DNA from: Eledone cirrhosa
Taxonomy: Eukaryota
Reading direction: 5' to 3'
Assembly (NCBI GenBank): GCA_964016885.1
Contig: OZ024746.1
Span: 77,190,001-77,254,000, forward strand
DNA: 64,000 nucleotides
Part shown: in pieces, positions 37,827-50,314 of the stretch
Layout of the letters: every line of letters begins with the position of its first letter
Position numbering within the stretch: position 1 is the first letter of the stretch
Notes under the pieces: generated by a model
Seen by the model: the letters and a program-made list of their open reading frames with translations, nothing else
Database searches by the model: none
Told to the model about the DNA's origin: nothing
Position numbers and translations under genes: made by a program

Positions 37827-38269
37827 GTAAGTTCTGAAATATTTTTCACATTCTTAGTATTCTTATTGTTATTAATTATGAGACACGGTTTCGGGTTCAA
37901 TCCCGTTGTGTGGTAACTCATGCAAATGTCTTCTACTAAGCCTCAGGCTGACCAATGCTTTGTGAGTAAATTTGGTAGAAGGAAACTATACTGATGTCCA
38001 TCATTGTGTGTATGTGTGTGCATTTTTACTTGATATTATTTAACCCTTTAGCATATACATTACTCTATATTTACTATTAAATTTTCACAGTAAAGGTTTT
38101 ATCTCACATAATATTAAATCTATGAGATTTTGATATTTATTTTGAGAACAATACCTTAACATAAGTATGAGCAGCCGGTTACGGCCAGTTTGAACAGAAA
38201 GAGGTGAGAGAATTCTGACGGGATACGGCTGGTTTAGATACTAAAAGATTAAGCAAGCAGCGGTATTTT

Positions 38270-38475
38270 CAGCACCATCATCAGCACCTTCACCATCATC
38301 ATCTGCACCATCACCATCACCATCACCACCTTCACCATCATTAGCATTTGCACCATCATTAGCACCTGCATCATCATCATCATGACCACCACCACCATCA
38401 CCTTCACTATTATCAGCACCTGCACTACCACCATCAACATAGTAGCAGCAACCCCATTACTACCACTACCAACAA
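38270..38475. repeat. (CAC/CAT)n degenerate trinucleotide tract
   Basis: Directly visible. Confidence 0.85.
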
Positions 38476-38721
38476 AAGGATATGCTTGATAAAGTAATCC
38501 AAAATACTCCTAAAAATATAGGATGGTCATGGCTGGAATGCCTTTAATCATTGGTGTGCTCAATCAAGGTTAACTTGGGTCTAAACAACAACAATAGTAT
38601 CACCATCTCCACCTTCATGATATACGTGGGATACTCATTGCTGGATTGCCTTTAATCATAGGGTCTGCTTGATCATCACTACCAATACTGCTGTTAACAT
38701 TGTCTATCTATCTATCTTATT

Positions 38722-38906
38722 CAGTGAAATTCCGTTATAATGAAATTCATGGGGTACAAAAAAAAATTTGGTTGTGATGAAAAATTCTTTATAACGAGAT
38801 CGATCGAAACATATTAAGTGTTTGCTTGTTATTACATTGGGGATTGAAAAAGATTTTGTTGTACTGAAAAATTCTTTATAATGGTATTCGTTATAATGGA
38901 ATTTTA

Positions 38907-38908
<2 letters not shown>
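38722..38908. mobile_element. Tc1/mariner/pogo-type MITE
   Basis: Imperfect TIRs CAGTGAAATTCCGTTATAATGAA / TTCGTTATAATGGAATTTTAC, with internal repeats. Confidence 0.55.
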
Positions 38909-38960
<52 letters not shown>

Positions 38961-39068
38961 CTCTATGTTTCGTAAAAGTTCGAGAGATTGGCCATGTATA
39001 CATGATGTTTGTTGACATTTAAAAAGCTACGATTCAGCTATCTAATTTAAATCAGTAAGAGTTGTCAC

Positions 39069-39141
39069 GCTCTCTTAGCTTAATGGCTTAAAACGCCTAG
39101 CTGGTATCTGGGATATATGGAGTTCGATTCCTCATAGCAGC
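39069..39141 (+). pseudogene. Degenerate tRNA-Thr-like sequence (GGT anticodon loop), probably a SINE head
   Basis: A box TAGCTTAATGG, anticodon arm CCTAG-CTGGTAT-CTGGG, T loop GTTCGATTC. Acceptor, D and T stems have mismatches. Confidence 0.55.
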
Positions 39142-40884
39142 TGATGGCAACTTCCTTTTCTGTCTTTAGGGGTTTTTACCCCATTTTATAAGCTATTTTA
39201 TAGCATCTTCGTGCATGAGCATACCATTCTTTATATAGTGGGTAGATTCCAGATGGGTATTAGGAGGTGACCACAGTTAAAAAATGGTACTCAGTACATT
39301 AGTAGAGTATAAGCATCTTTATTTTATATAGAAATAACTTCTACAGTATTAGAATTGTATGAAATCATGAGGAAAGTCCTGATGGTTTCATTCGAATGAA
39401 ATAGTTCTAGTCCTGTAGAGATCATTTCTATATAATACACACACACACATCTATATACACATATACATACATGCACACACACACACACACACACATCTAT
39501 ATATCTATATCACTCTCACTATCTCTCATTTACCCCTGCTATGATTTTTAGGTCTCCTGTATCATAGTTCTTGGATGAGTTAGCCCTGTTTGTAGGTTAA
39601 AGTGAGGAGGTCTGGGTGGGTGTGCATATGCATATTCATAATACATGTATTATGAATATATATGTATTTGCGTGTGTATATATATGTATGTGTGTCTATA
39701 TAATGTACACATGTATGTGTGTGTCTACACACACACACACACATATCCACTTATCATTTTTATATGTTAAACAGTAATGGAGTGTTTTAGTATCCACTTG
39801 TATGAAGAGTCTACCATTCCAAACTACAAAGCCTTCACTGACCTATCCATTTAATCGAATGGAGATCACGTTTCTCATTTTTTTTTTGGTCAGTGCATAT
39901 GGAAAGAGTGCTAAAGGTTATCACTTTCTGCATGATCTCTATTCAACACACTCACACACATATATATATGAAGTCAGATGTTAAAACAACTATATATATA
40001 TGTGTGTGTGTGTGTGTAGCTGTTTTTGTATTTTACACCCATCTCTCCAGTGATTATGGGCTAGAAGAGTGGCCTAGTGGATGAATGAGTTTGTTGACTT
40101 AATGCTTTTGTGACTGCATTTCCAATGGAATACACTCTGTATTTCAATTAACTCTTAATGCCCTGTACTGCATGAAATCACATTTGCAAGACATTCTTGT
40201 AATGAACAAAAGCTGTACTATGACTGCATCACATTAAAAAATCAAAATCTTCCATTTTCATTTTAGTATACTTCACATTTTCATAACAATTTGTTAACCA
40301 GTAAAGCTACAATACACATTTGAATTAACAAACCTGTTTAGCGATATTTTTTTGCTAAATCATTACAGGATTTCAAGGATTTAATATTCAGTGATTTACT
40401 AAAATTATTTATTCATTACTAAAGATAGTATCTTAATATATGAATTATATAGAATTATACTGGATGATTTTTAAAAATTTAAACAGGAACTCTTTAAAAT
40501 AGGTGGTATTGTTTCATAGAAAATGTTCTGGTTTTGATTGAGTTGGTATCAAAAGTGTTAAGATTTCTTACTTATGTACAGACTGTTTATAGTATGGAAA
40601 AATGATTGGGTTGATAGGTGGATGATGAGTTATAGGCTGTGAATTCCTTTACTGGTTCCAGACATTAGACTCTGGTCATGCTGGGGCACCACCTTTAGTT
40701 GATAATTTCAACCTTAGAAGTTAGTTGGATTGGTATCAAAATGGTTGATTATGTGTGGGCTAGATATGTGGCCAAGAGGCTGGGATAAGGATTTTGTAGG
40801 CTTGATTTGCTGTGCTTTGATTTGTGAAGTTTTCATTGCTAAACATTATATGCCTCCACCAATGCAATAAAAATAATAATAATT

Positions 40885-41550
40885 ATCGTCATCATCGTTA
40901 TCACCACACTATCATCATTAATGCTATCACATAGTGATTAGTCATCACCACTACCTACATCAACACCATATCATTACCACCACCACCACCACAACCACCA
41001 ACACCAACAAATTTAGCTACCACATTTACCACCATTACTACCACCATCAATACCACCAATATTATCACCATCTTCAATGCCATAACCATCACAACCAGTA
41101 CCACCACCAGCACCACCATTAACACCACAACCTCCACCACCAACATTGCCACCATCTTCAACACTACAACCATAATCACCACCACCATCAATATTACTGC
41201 CACCACCATCAAAACCACCATCATTACCACCTGCTTCAACCCCACAATCAGCAGCAGCAACACCACCACCACCACCACCACCAACAACAACATTAATACC
41301 ATCTTCAACTCTTTCTCCACTACCACCATTACCACCAACATCACCATTACTACCAACACCACCATTACTACCAACACCACCATTACCACCAACACCACCA
41401 TTACCATCAACATCACCATCATCATCAACAACTACCAACACAACATCATTGCCACCATCGTTATCGCCATGATCACTACACTAACAACAACATTACCACC
41501 ACCACAACAACCACCACCACCACCACCACCAGCCATATCCACTGCCATTA
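40885..41550. repeat. (CAC/CAA/CAT)n degenerate trinucleotide tract
   Basis: Directly visible. Explains the low-complexity ORFs here. Confidence 0.9.
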
Positions 41551-41812
41551 TAGTGATCAGCAATGTAGAACTGTAGAGGTGAATAAATAAATATAAAAAC
41601 ACCAACCAAAAAGATCAAAGAAAACTCAAGGAACCAGAAATAATTAAGACTCCATCGAGTTCCATGGCTAAGATTTTTTCATATTTTTTCTTTCTTTCCC
41701 TCAAAGAATGGGTAAAAGGTGAAGATATTTTCTCCTGCTTCTAACCTACTTATTCCATAGCTTTCTAGCTTTTATTTGTTTCTATATTTGTTTATCTTTT
41801 TATACTTATGAG

Positions 41813-41844
<32 letters not shown>

Positions 41845-41902
41845 TATAATGTGTGTGTGTGTGTGCATATTTATCTATCTATATAGATATGCATGTGTGT
41901 GT

Positions 41903-41967
<65 letters not shown>

Positions 41968-42249
41968 CATCATCATCATCATTGTTTAACGTCCATCTTC
42001 CACGCTAGCATGGGTTAGATGGGAATGTATATATATATGCATATGTGTGTGTGTGTGTATGGTGATGATTGTGTATGATGACTAGGATGATAATGTGTGT
42101 GTGAACATCTAGTCTACACTATAAGGTGTTCATACTGCAAGTTTACCCTATACCACAGCAAAGAAAACCACCATCCACTTTATAACCTGGTAGTATTGGG
42201 GCCACAAAAAAAAAAATCTCCCTGCACATGCTGTGATGTGGTTGTCATA

Positions 42250-42630
42250 AAGCTGTTATTCTCCAGCATGACAATGCATGTCCACATTCTGCAAAACAAA
42301 CCCAAGAAAAAATAAGATCATTAGGATTGGAAGTTCTTCCACAACCTCCATACTCACCTGACTTAACACCTACAGATTTCCATCTGTTTTGATCATTAGA
42401 ACATTTTATTCAGAAACAGAGAGGAAGTTGAAAACAGTCTGTCAGACTTTTTTTCATGAAAAAAAAATAGGTTTCTTTGAACGTGGCATCATAAAGTTAC
42501 CGTCTCGTCAGGCTGCAGTAATTGAAAATAATGATTACATTCTTGATTAAAATTATTCAGATGAATGTAGTTTATAATTGTTTTTATATACTTTCTGGAA
42601 AAATGCAATTATTTTCTGAACACCCTAATA
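42250..42630 (+). mobile_element. Mariner transposase 3' remnant with TIR
   Basis: LQHDNACPHSA and PPYSPDLTPTDFHLF motifs. TIR-like ...TTTTCTGAACACCCTAATA. Confidence 0.85.
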
Positions 42631-42660
42631 ATTTAAATTTTTGCTATTAATTTATTTTAG

Positions 42661-42884
42661 TGTTGAAGCACCTGAGATCCAAGAATGTTGTCAGAAGACA
42701 TTACAAGACTTTAACCTGTGCATGTTCTATGAACCTGTCTGTTACAACAGCAGAGAGAATGTCTTTACAACCCTGCGTCACCATACTTCATCTTCCATTG
42801 ACCACCTCCAATATCTTGATGATGACATTGTCTTCAAGATCGCTGTCATATGCATGGCAACCGTACACTTGCTTGAAAGAAATG
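42661..42884 (+). CDS. SMG5: SMG5 exon 10 (VEAPEIQECCQKTLQDFNLCMFY...DDIVFKIAVICMATVHLLERN)
   Basis: CQ..L.DFNLC.FY motif. tag|...G|gttag, 224 nt. Confidence 0.96.
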
Positions 42885-44283
42885 GTTAGTCTTTTGTTTC
42901 ATTCCATTGAAACTTTTTCTCTCATTTCATTATTATTATATCACCCTTTTCCTCTCTCCTTTCATTTTATTATTTTCTCTCCTTCTCTCTCCTCTTTTTT
43001 TATCTCTCCTTCTTCTCTCTCCTCTTCTCTCTCCTTTCTCATTATTCGTCTTTTTCTAAAAAGAAAACAAAAACAAAACATTCTTTTCTTATAGTTGTTT
43101 ATTCCAATTTTTAAATAATTTTTGTTTTAGTTTTGTCAATCTATTTGTTTAGTAATTTATTGGTATTTTTATTTTTTAAATCCCTTCTGGCTGTAAACAG
43201 AATTGTAAAATATGATCTAAATTGAGTATTTTTTAGGATTTATTTTTTTTTTAGTTAACAAAAATTTTTTTTGTCTTTATAAAATTGATTGAATTATTTA
43301 TTTATTTATTTATTATTTGTTAACTTTAATTTAAAAAAAATTTTTTTTTTGTAATTAAAAAAAAAAGAAGCAACAAAACCCAAAACTAAACAAGTAAAGC
43401 TATTGACTCTGTTAGCAGTAATTTTAAGAAAGTACGACACACTGGTTTACTATCTCCATTGTCATCTTTATGTCTCTATGATAGTGTAGGAATTTATTTT
43501 AAGGAAATAAGGAAATTATAATATTCATCATGCCATCACTCTCAAGAGATTTCTGTAGTAATAAGTATATGTAAAGTGTAAAGTTAAGTAGTTATATGCC
43601 ATGGAATTGGAAGTGGGTTATGAACTAAGATCACCAAGAGCCTATTTTCAAGTGTATGGTAGCACATGTCATAATTGTGTATTGATACCTATTCAGTAAA
43701 TGTTTGAGTTATTTTTCTTTCTGATTATATTGAATTATCATAGGCAGTTGATTGCTAAAGCCATTAGAGTATTGGTTAGAATCATCATTATCGTCATCAT
43801 TGTTTAACTCTCTAATGTCTTCTACTGCATGAAACTGTATGAGCAAAGCATTCTTAAAAAGTATAAAACATATTTCATATTTCTTATGAAAGACACTGCC
43901 TTTGATTTTCAAATAATTTTCAAAATGATAAATAATTTAGAGTGATTTAGTAATCTAAGTACCTTTCTATTTATTAGGTTAGTTTTAGAAGGTGGTGGAT
44001 TAGCAGAACCATTAAGATGTCTGACAAAATGCTTTGTGGCACTCGTTCCGGCTTGTTACAGTCTGAGTTCAAATCTTGCTGAGGTCAACTTTGCCTTTTA
44101 TCATTTAGAGGTCGATAAATAAAGTAAAAATTATTATTAAGTTGGTGTTTGGAGCATAACAAAGGTTCTTACATAAAGATTATGCTGGGAAGTTATATAA
44201 ATATTTTAAATATAAATAGCTTTATATCATAAAACCACTGGTGGTTTCTGATGACTTAATATCAAAAGCACAAGACATGCTCT

Positions 44284-44602
44284 ATGTCATGATGGTTCCC
44301 TTCCAGCTCTGTCAGGAGTTCAGGGTTTGTGGCACATGACACATTGATGTAAAACACTGGCATAAGTCTGAGCTTATTGAGACAAAGACAAGGAGATGTA
44401 GGAGATATGTGTATTAGATGCAACACCAGTTGTTTTTCTGATGTCATGATGGTGTCCCAATGATTTCATCAGGAGTTTAGGGTCTGTGTCACATGACCTA
44501 TGGATGTTAAACACTGATATGAGTTTGAGTTTATTGAAACAAAGACAAGGAGATATAGGAGATATGTGTGTTAGATGTGACACCAGTTGTTTTTCTGATG
44601 TT
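44284..44602. repeat. Tandem duplication of a unit of about 157 bp
   Basis: ATGTCATGATGGT...CACCAGTTGTTTTTCTG occurs twice. Confidence 0.85.
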
Positions 44603-45154
44603 CAAATCACACTTAACATTTAAAGAGAAATATTTCTGCACTTCTTGCTCATCTCCTCAGGACTTAACATAAGTATGTAAAGTTATTTCCTTTTTTCTTT
44701 TTTCTTTTTCTTTTTTTTTTGTACCACCTCCAAGCATTTGTTAATCTTCATATATGCTATGATCTTTCTGTGTAAAGGTTATTTGATGATTGTGATGGTG
44801 GTGGTTTTGGTGGTGGGTTTGGTGTTAGTGGTGGTTTTGGTATTGTGGTTTTGGTGGCAATGGTGATGATTTTGATGATAGTGGTGGTAGTAGTGGTGTT
44901 CATGTTGGTGTTGCAACTGTTGTTGGTGGTGGGGGAAAGAGTTGTGTTATTGGTGTTGCAACTTTCTGGCAGAAGTAGGCAGGATTCGAACTCAGAACAC
45001 ATAAAACTGGATTAAATGCAGCAAAGTCTGACACTAAGAAATCTGTCAATCAAACACCCCTGACTGATGATAATGAGATAAATAAAATGTTGATTATGCA
45101 TTGCAAAGGATTTGTTTTATTCATTTGCTATTCTATATTATTATATATATATAT

Positions 45155-46045
45155 CAAGGAGCACATTAACACCAGGGCCTCGTCTTTCTGGAAACACATA
45201 ACCAAATGCAGAAACAAAGACGGAAGGCCCATTGTCACAATTCTAACGATGGAAAGAAACGTCGGCACATTACGAATCAAGGAAGCACTTTGGATCAAAC
45301 GCCTAGGGCCACAAATAAATAACCGATTCGAGAGAAGCGAAATGAGGTGGTTGGTTTAAGTAAACAAACGATGCAACAACACACACACACACACTCACAC
45401 ACACACTCACACAGTAGCATTCCACCATACGAACATACTACACTGCTAATACAGACGAACGAGGCAACAACACACGCACGCACACACACACACACAAGCG
45501 AGACAACACACGCACACACACACACAGTAGCATTCACCAAACAGGCAGAGAATACTACCACCACCACACACTATTCAACACTGCTAATACTGAAACCAGC
45601 ACGGGCAGATAATACAATGGATTGACAGCTAACGCCACCCCACTCCCACAATTAAAAGAACTATTTCGGCCGCCGACTTATACCTGACCGACCCCATTTC
45701 ACGCGCACGCGCGCTCTGCTGAATACCTCAGATATTCAAAACAACGAACAGTGGAGGACACATTTCGCACCTTTCCGCCAGACAACCCCCCCCCCCCCTC
45801 CTCGGAAAAAACCCCAGTTGATGGATGTGAATCCAAAATATATAGGGACAATTAAATCTCTCCCAAGGTAACTCTATCTCGTGTTATTATTTTTATTTTT
45901 TACGCTCTTTCCTACGTTCTTCTGCACACTATACATCTCAATCTACATTCACTTACATCTCTCTCCACCACCGGATCTTGTTACCCGGAGAATTACCCAT
46001 CTGCATTGTTGAGGCTTCCAAAACGACCTAAAGAAAATATATCAT
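45155..46045 (+). mobile_element. Penelope-like element remnant (GIY-YIG C-terminus plus terminal region)
   Basis: IKEH....S.FWKH..KC ... LRIKEALWIKRLGPQINNR, typical of PLE endonuclease ends. Inserted at a TA run. Confidence 0.7.
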
Positions 46046-46076
46046 ATTATTATATATTTTTGTTTCTCTTATGTAG

Positions 46077-46211
46077 GTTCCCGTCAAGTGACAGCTGCTA
46101 TGGCTTTTCTATTGGCTCTCTTCTCACACATCCTCAACCATGTTGTCATACGCTTACAAGGCGCTCTTTATGATCGAGAAAACCTCACTAAACTTGCTGT
46201 TGCAGGAGCTG
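46077..46211 (+). CDS. SMG5: SMG5 exon 11 (GSRQVTAAMAFLLALFSHILNHVVIRLQGALYDRENLTKLAVAGA)
   Basis: AA.AF.LALFSH..NHV.IRLQ motif. tag|...G|gtaaa, 135 nt. Confidence 0.96.
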
Positions 46212-46489
46212 GTAAAATCTTTCACATTCTTATTTAATGAATTATTGTTTAACATTTTTTATACCAACTATCCATTTTAAAGGGTTCCTATTTAAATAAA
46301 AATTTTCCTAGTTAAATATATGTAAGAACCATATATTGAGTTACTATCTTAGTAATGAAATAATTAAGTTTAGTAAATCCTTCAAAATGTTTTCATTAAT
46401 TAATTGAAATAGTGTATTTCAATAGAAATTCATGGAAGTGTTAAAATATGTTATATGTCCAACCCATACCACCATGGAAAAACATGTAA

Positions 46490-46645
46490 AATGGTGATGA
46501 TGATAATAATGGTGTTGATGATGATGATGATGATGATGATGATAATAATGGTGATGATGGTGTTGTTGATGATGATGATGATAATGGTGGTGGCGGCTGC
46601 AGCAGCAGTGATGTCGTTGATGATAAAGGTGGTGTTGGTGATGAT
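46490..46645. repeat. (GAT/GGT)n tract
   Basis: Directly visible. Confidence 0.85.
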
Positions 46646-48312
46646 GAATCTCAATCCTTTTTATTGATTTCAAATGACAGAAACAAGCTTATAGGTTCTG
46701 TTAGGTTGTGATTAATGAAATAAGAAGTGGGGAAAAAAATCATAACCAAAACAAAAACAAATAAAAATAAAACAGAAAACAAAACAAACTGTTTTTTTCT
46801 CTTTATAGAAAAAGCAATAACAGTCTTTTAAGATTGATACAGAGTTGGTGATGTTATTAAAATCCTGTCAGTAACATATGCTCTGGGAATATTTTATAGT
46901 ATTCAAACATTTCTCTTGTAATGATAGGATTTTACCCTGTACAACATTGGATGACTAATCATAGAGTTGCATTTAAAAAGTATCATAATCAGCAACAGCA
47001 GTAACATTTAATGTCTGCTTTTCCATGCCAGCATAAGTTGGACAAGTCAATAAATACTCAATTTGGGGCTACTCTCCTCACAGATGGAATGGGGGCTGCA
47101 TCTTGCTTACATATAGTTCTACTCTTTACAGAGTGTACTGGGTGCATTTTATTGTAGCATCAGCCAGAGGAACATTGTCATGCTCTTCACAAACACTAGA
47201 GATTCTTTTCAACCCTGTTTGGCAAGTTTTCTATGGTTGGATGCCCTTATTAACACCCACTACTTTACACTGTGTTCTGTCTGCACTTTTTCATGGTACC
47301 AACATTGTATAATTTTGCTACTCTCTTCTGATGGAGTATATATTGAAAGAGACATTTGTATGTAAGATGTAAAGTTGGCGCCCTGCCTGATGGGGTGTTT
47401 TGTTTTGTAAGACTGAATTTACCCCTGTTGATGCTATCCGTCCTGAAAGCACTCTTGCTTCTATGACACAATACTGTTAAAATGTTTAAAATGCTTATAT
47501 TTATCTAAAAACCTTCTATCATAATTTTATGTAGGAACCTTTAGGTTATACTCCAAACATCACCTTAATGAAAACTTATTTTACTAAATTTTAGGCAATG
47601 TTTTTGATTAGAATTATATGGTAACAGAAGTGTTAAAGATGTTAACCTTTTTGATATCAGACCATCCAAAAAACCACCAATGGTTCTATGATTCAAAAAT
47701 GTTTGCTTTAAATTGTTTACATTTATGTAAGAACTTTTATGTAAGAACCTTTAAGTTATGTTCCAAACACCTGATAAATACTGAGAAAGTTTAGTGAATC
47801 CCTCCAAACTTTTGATCGTTTTCAAAATTATTTGAAATTCTTAGGCAGTGTTTTTTTTTTTTCATTTGAAATATGGTAACAAGAGGGTGAAGGAGTTGGT
47901 TGAGAGAGATCTTGGTTACCATAAGTGGTCTTCTATCTTACCTCTCCTTGTAATAGGAGTGGGCGGCTTCCCTTATCATTAACCCTTTAGCATTTAAACT
48001 GGTTGTATCCGGCCAGAATTTTTTTACCTCATTCTATTCAAACCAGTCGTAGCTGGCCACTCATACTGATGTCAAAATAGATAACATCAAAATCTTATAG
48101 GTTCAATATTATGTGAGCTAAAGCTTTTCTAGCGAAAATACAATAGTAAATATAATGGCTAAAGGGTTAAAACACCTGAGAAACCTCTTATGTGATATAA
48201 GCTTATAGTAGACCAGCTAAACTTGTATGGATGTGAACTGTAAATTTCGTTATCTCTTTTCTCTCTGTGAGTTACATTCTATTTACTTTTCTTATGTTTG
48301 AAATATTTTCAG

Positions 48313-48515
48313 GTGATGAAGTCGATGATAAATATGACAACAATCATTCCTCTCCTGGTGGAAACAATGGCCCACCATTAGATAATAGTCATCTAACAAT
48401 TGGAAATGTGCATAAGGCAGGGAATGATAAAGCCACTTCCAATATTGTGTGGAATCTTCAGCAAGCTGGACAGAATAATGTAGATTCTGCAACTGCCACA
48501 TCACTCGATAAAAAG
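48313..48515 (+). CDS. SMG5: SMG5 exon 12, low-complexity linker (GDEVDDKYDNNHSSPGG...SLDKK)
   Basis: Open frame between cag| and AAG|gtggt, 203 nt. Phases fit exons 11 and 13. Little recognisable homology. Confidence 0.8.
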
Positions 48516-49677
48516 GTGGTTTTATCTTACTTTTGCTCTTTTATATGCAATTATCTCTGTGTATACATTTTAGAATAGCTGCACTGTATCCCTATATGTT
48601 GTAAGGAGTGACTAAAATCTCTGGTACAAGGAAGGGCGTTTGGCTGTAAAACATTGCCTCCAATTTTAAAGGTTTCCTATTTAAACTAAAACCTTTCAAC
48701 ATAATCTTTTATAAAAACTCTTTGGTTATGTTACAAATCTTGACTCCCCTTTGGTCAAGAATGACCATGGAATTCGCCCCTAGAATGTCCCCTGCCAAGG
48801 CACAAGTCTGGGCAAGGTTGTATGTAGAAGACCAGCAGTCACCCATGCATACCAGTTTCTCCTCCCCACGCCACTGATATTGTCTAAGGGAGAGGCAATG
48901 CCTGATACAGCTTGGCACCAGTGACGTCGCAACACATTTCTACAGTTGAGTAAACTGGGGCAACGTGAAATAAAGTGTCTTGTTCAAGAATACAACATAC
49001 AGCCCAGTCCGGGAATCAGACTCACAAGCTCACTATTATAAGCCTGGTGCTCTAACCACTAAGCCTTCACAAATGCCATCTTAATATTTAACGATAAATG
49101 CAATTGTTTTTGAGTGTATTCACTGTTGCTGCTGATGATGATGATGATGATGTCAGCCATGAGAAATTCCATATCACATAGGATTAAATTCAAGTGAGAA
49201 ATCAAATTGCGTCGGTATAAGTTGAACTTATCATGACCAAAATGTTAAATGTTATGGCCACTTTGTAAGCAATACACTATCCAGTCATCAATAATGTATA
49301 TGTAATGTAACATCATCATCATTTTTAACTTCCATTTTCGACATATGCATGGACTAGACTGGCTGTCAGGTCCAGAGATCATGTCTTGCTCACGTGGATC
49401 TGCATTTTGGCTTGGTTTCTGCAGCTGGACACCTTTCCTAACACCAACCACATTATATATATAAAATAATAATAACAACAAGTATGGTATCAGGAATAAC
49501 TGGTCAGAAGGAGAAATTCATTGAGAATTCATTTCTTATATACATTATAAACAGTTCTATGCGAGTGAGACATGGTCTCCCAACCAATCTCGCCTCAAAT
49601 GGGACAAAACCGTCCAACCCATGCTAGTGTGGAAGATGGATGTTAAACGATGACGACAACGATGATGATGGTATATA

Positions 49678-49742
<65 letters not shown>

Positions 49743-50211
49743 TGCATACATACACACACAGTGTACTCACAGTGATGACAATGATGTAAACCATATTTTA
49801 GTATCAAAGTAAATAAATTATGAAATCAAATATGTTGGTGCAAGTTTGTATCAGTTCCAATGTCAAAAATGTAATTACTATACATTCATAGATATTTTAT
49901 GGAAGACATGCACATACACTCACATACATCCTTATACAAGCAGAAAAGTGCCTGGAGGGTAACATTTCTGCTGGTAATGAAATAATTAAAAATTTTAGCA
50001 AATTCTTTCAAATTTTCTTCATTAATTAATTGAAAGGCAGTGTATGTCATTAGAACTGTGGTAATGAAAAGGTTAGTGTTTAGGTTAAATTTCCCCCCTC
50101 TATTTGTTAGTTTTTATCAAGTTATTGATTATTGCACCTTTGTCATTTATGATTCATGGTCTATTAGGATATTTTCTATATTGACACTTTAATACATATC
50201 TTTTCACCTAG

Positions 50212-50314
50212 AAGAAGTTAAATTTGAGAAACTTGAAAAGACGTCGGCGTCGCCATCACAGTGGCAGCAGTAATGGGTCTGTTGTCTCTGATGAGGAATC
50301 TGATCTCAGTGAAG
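50212..50314 (+). CDS. SMG5: SMG5 exon 13 (KKLNLRNLKRRRRRHHSGSSNGSVVSDEESDLSE)
   Basis: Basic RRRRH plus SDLSEG motif as recalled from vertebrate SMG5. tag|...G|gtaat, 103 nt. Confidence 0.9.

Noticed and set aside
40934-41441. Gly-rich or Val/Met-rich ORFs resembling structural proteins
   Set aside because: Degenerate trinucleotide tract, open in several frames, with no exon boundaries.
44284-44602. Tandem intronic C/D-box snoRNAs (ATGATG...CTGA)
   Set aside because: Box C is imperfect (ATGATGG), there is no terminal stem, and I recognise no rRNA guide. Treated as a simple duplication.
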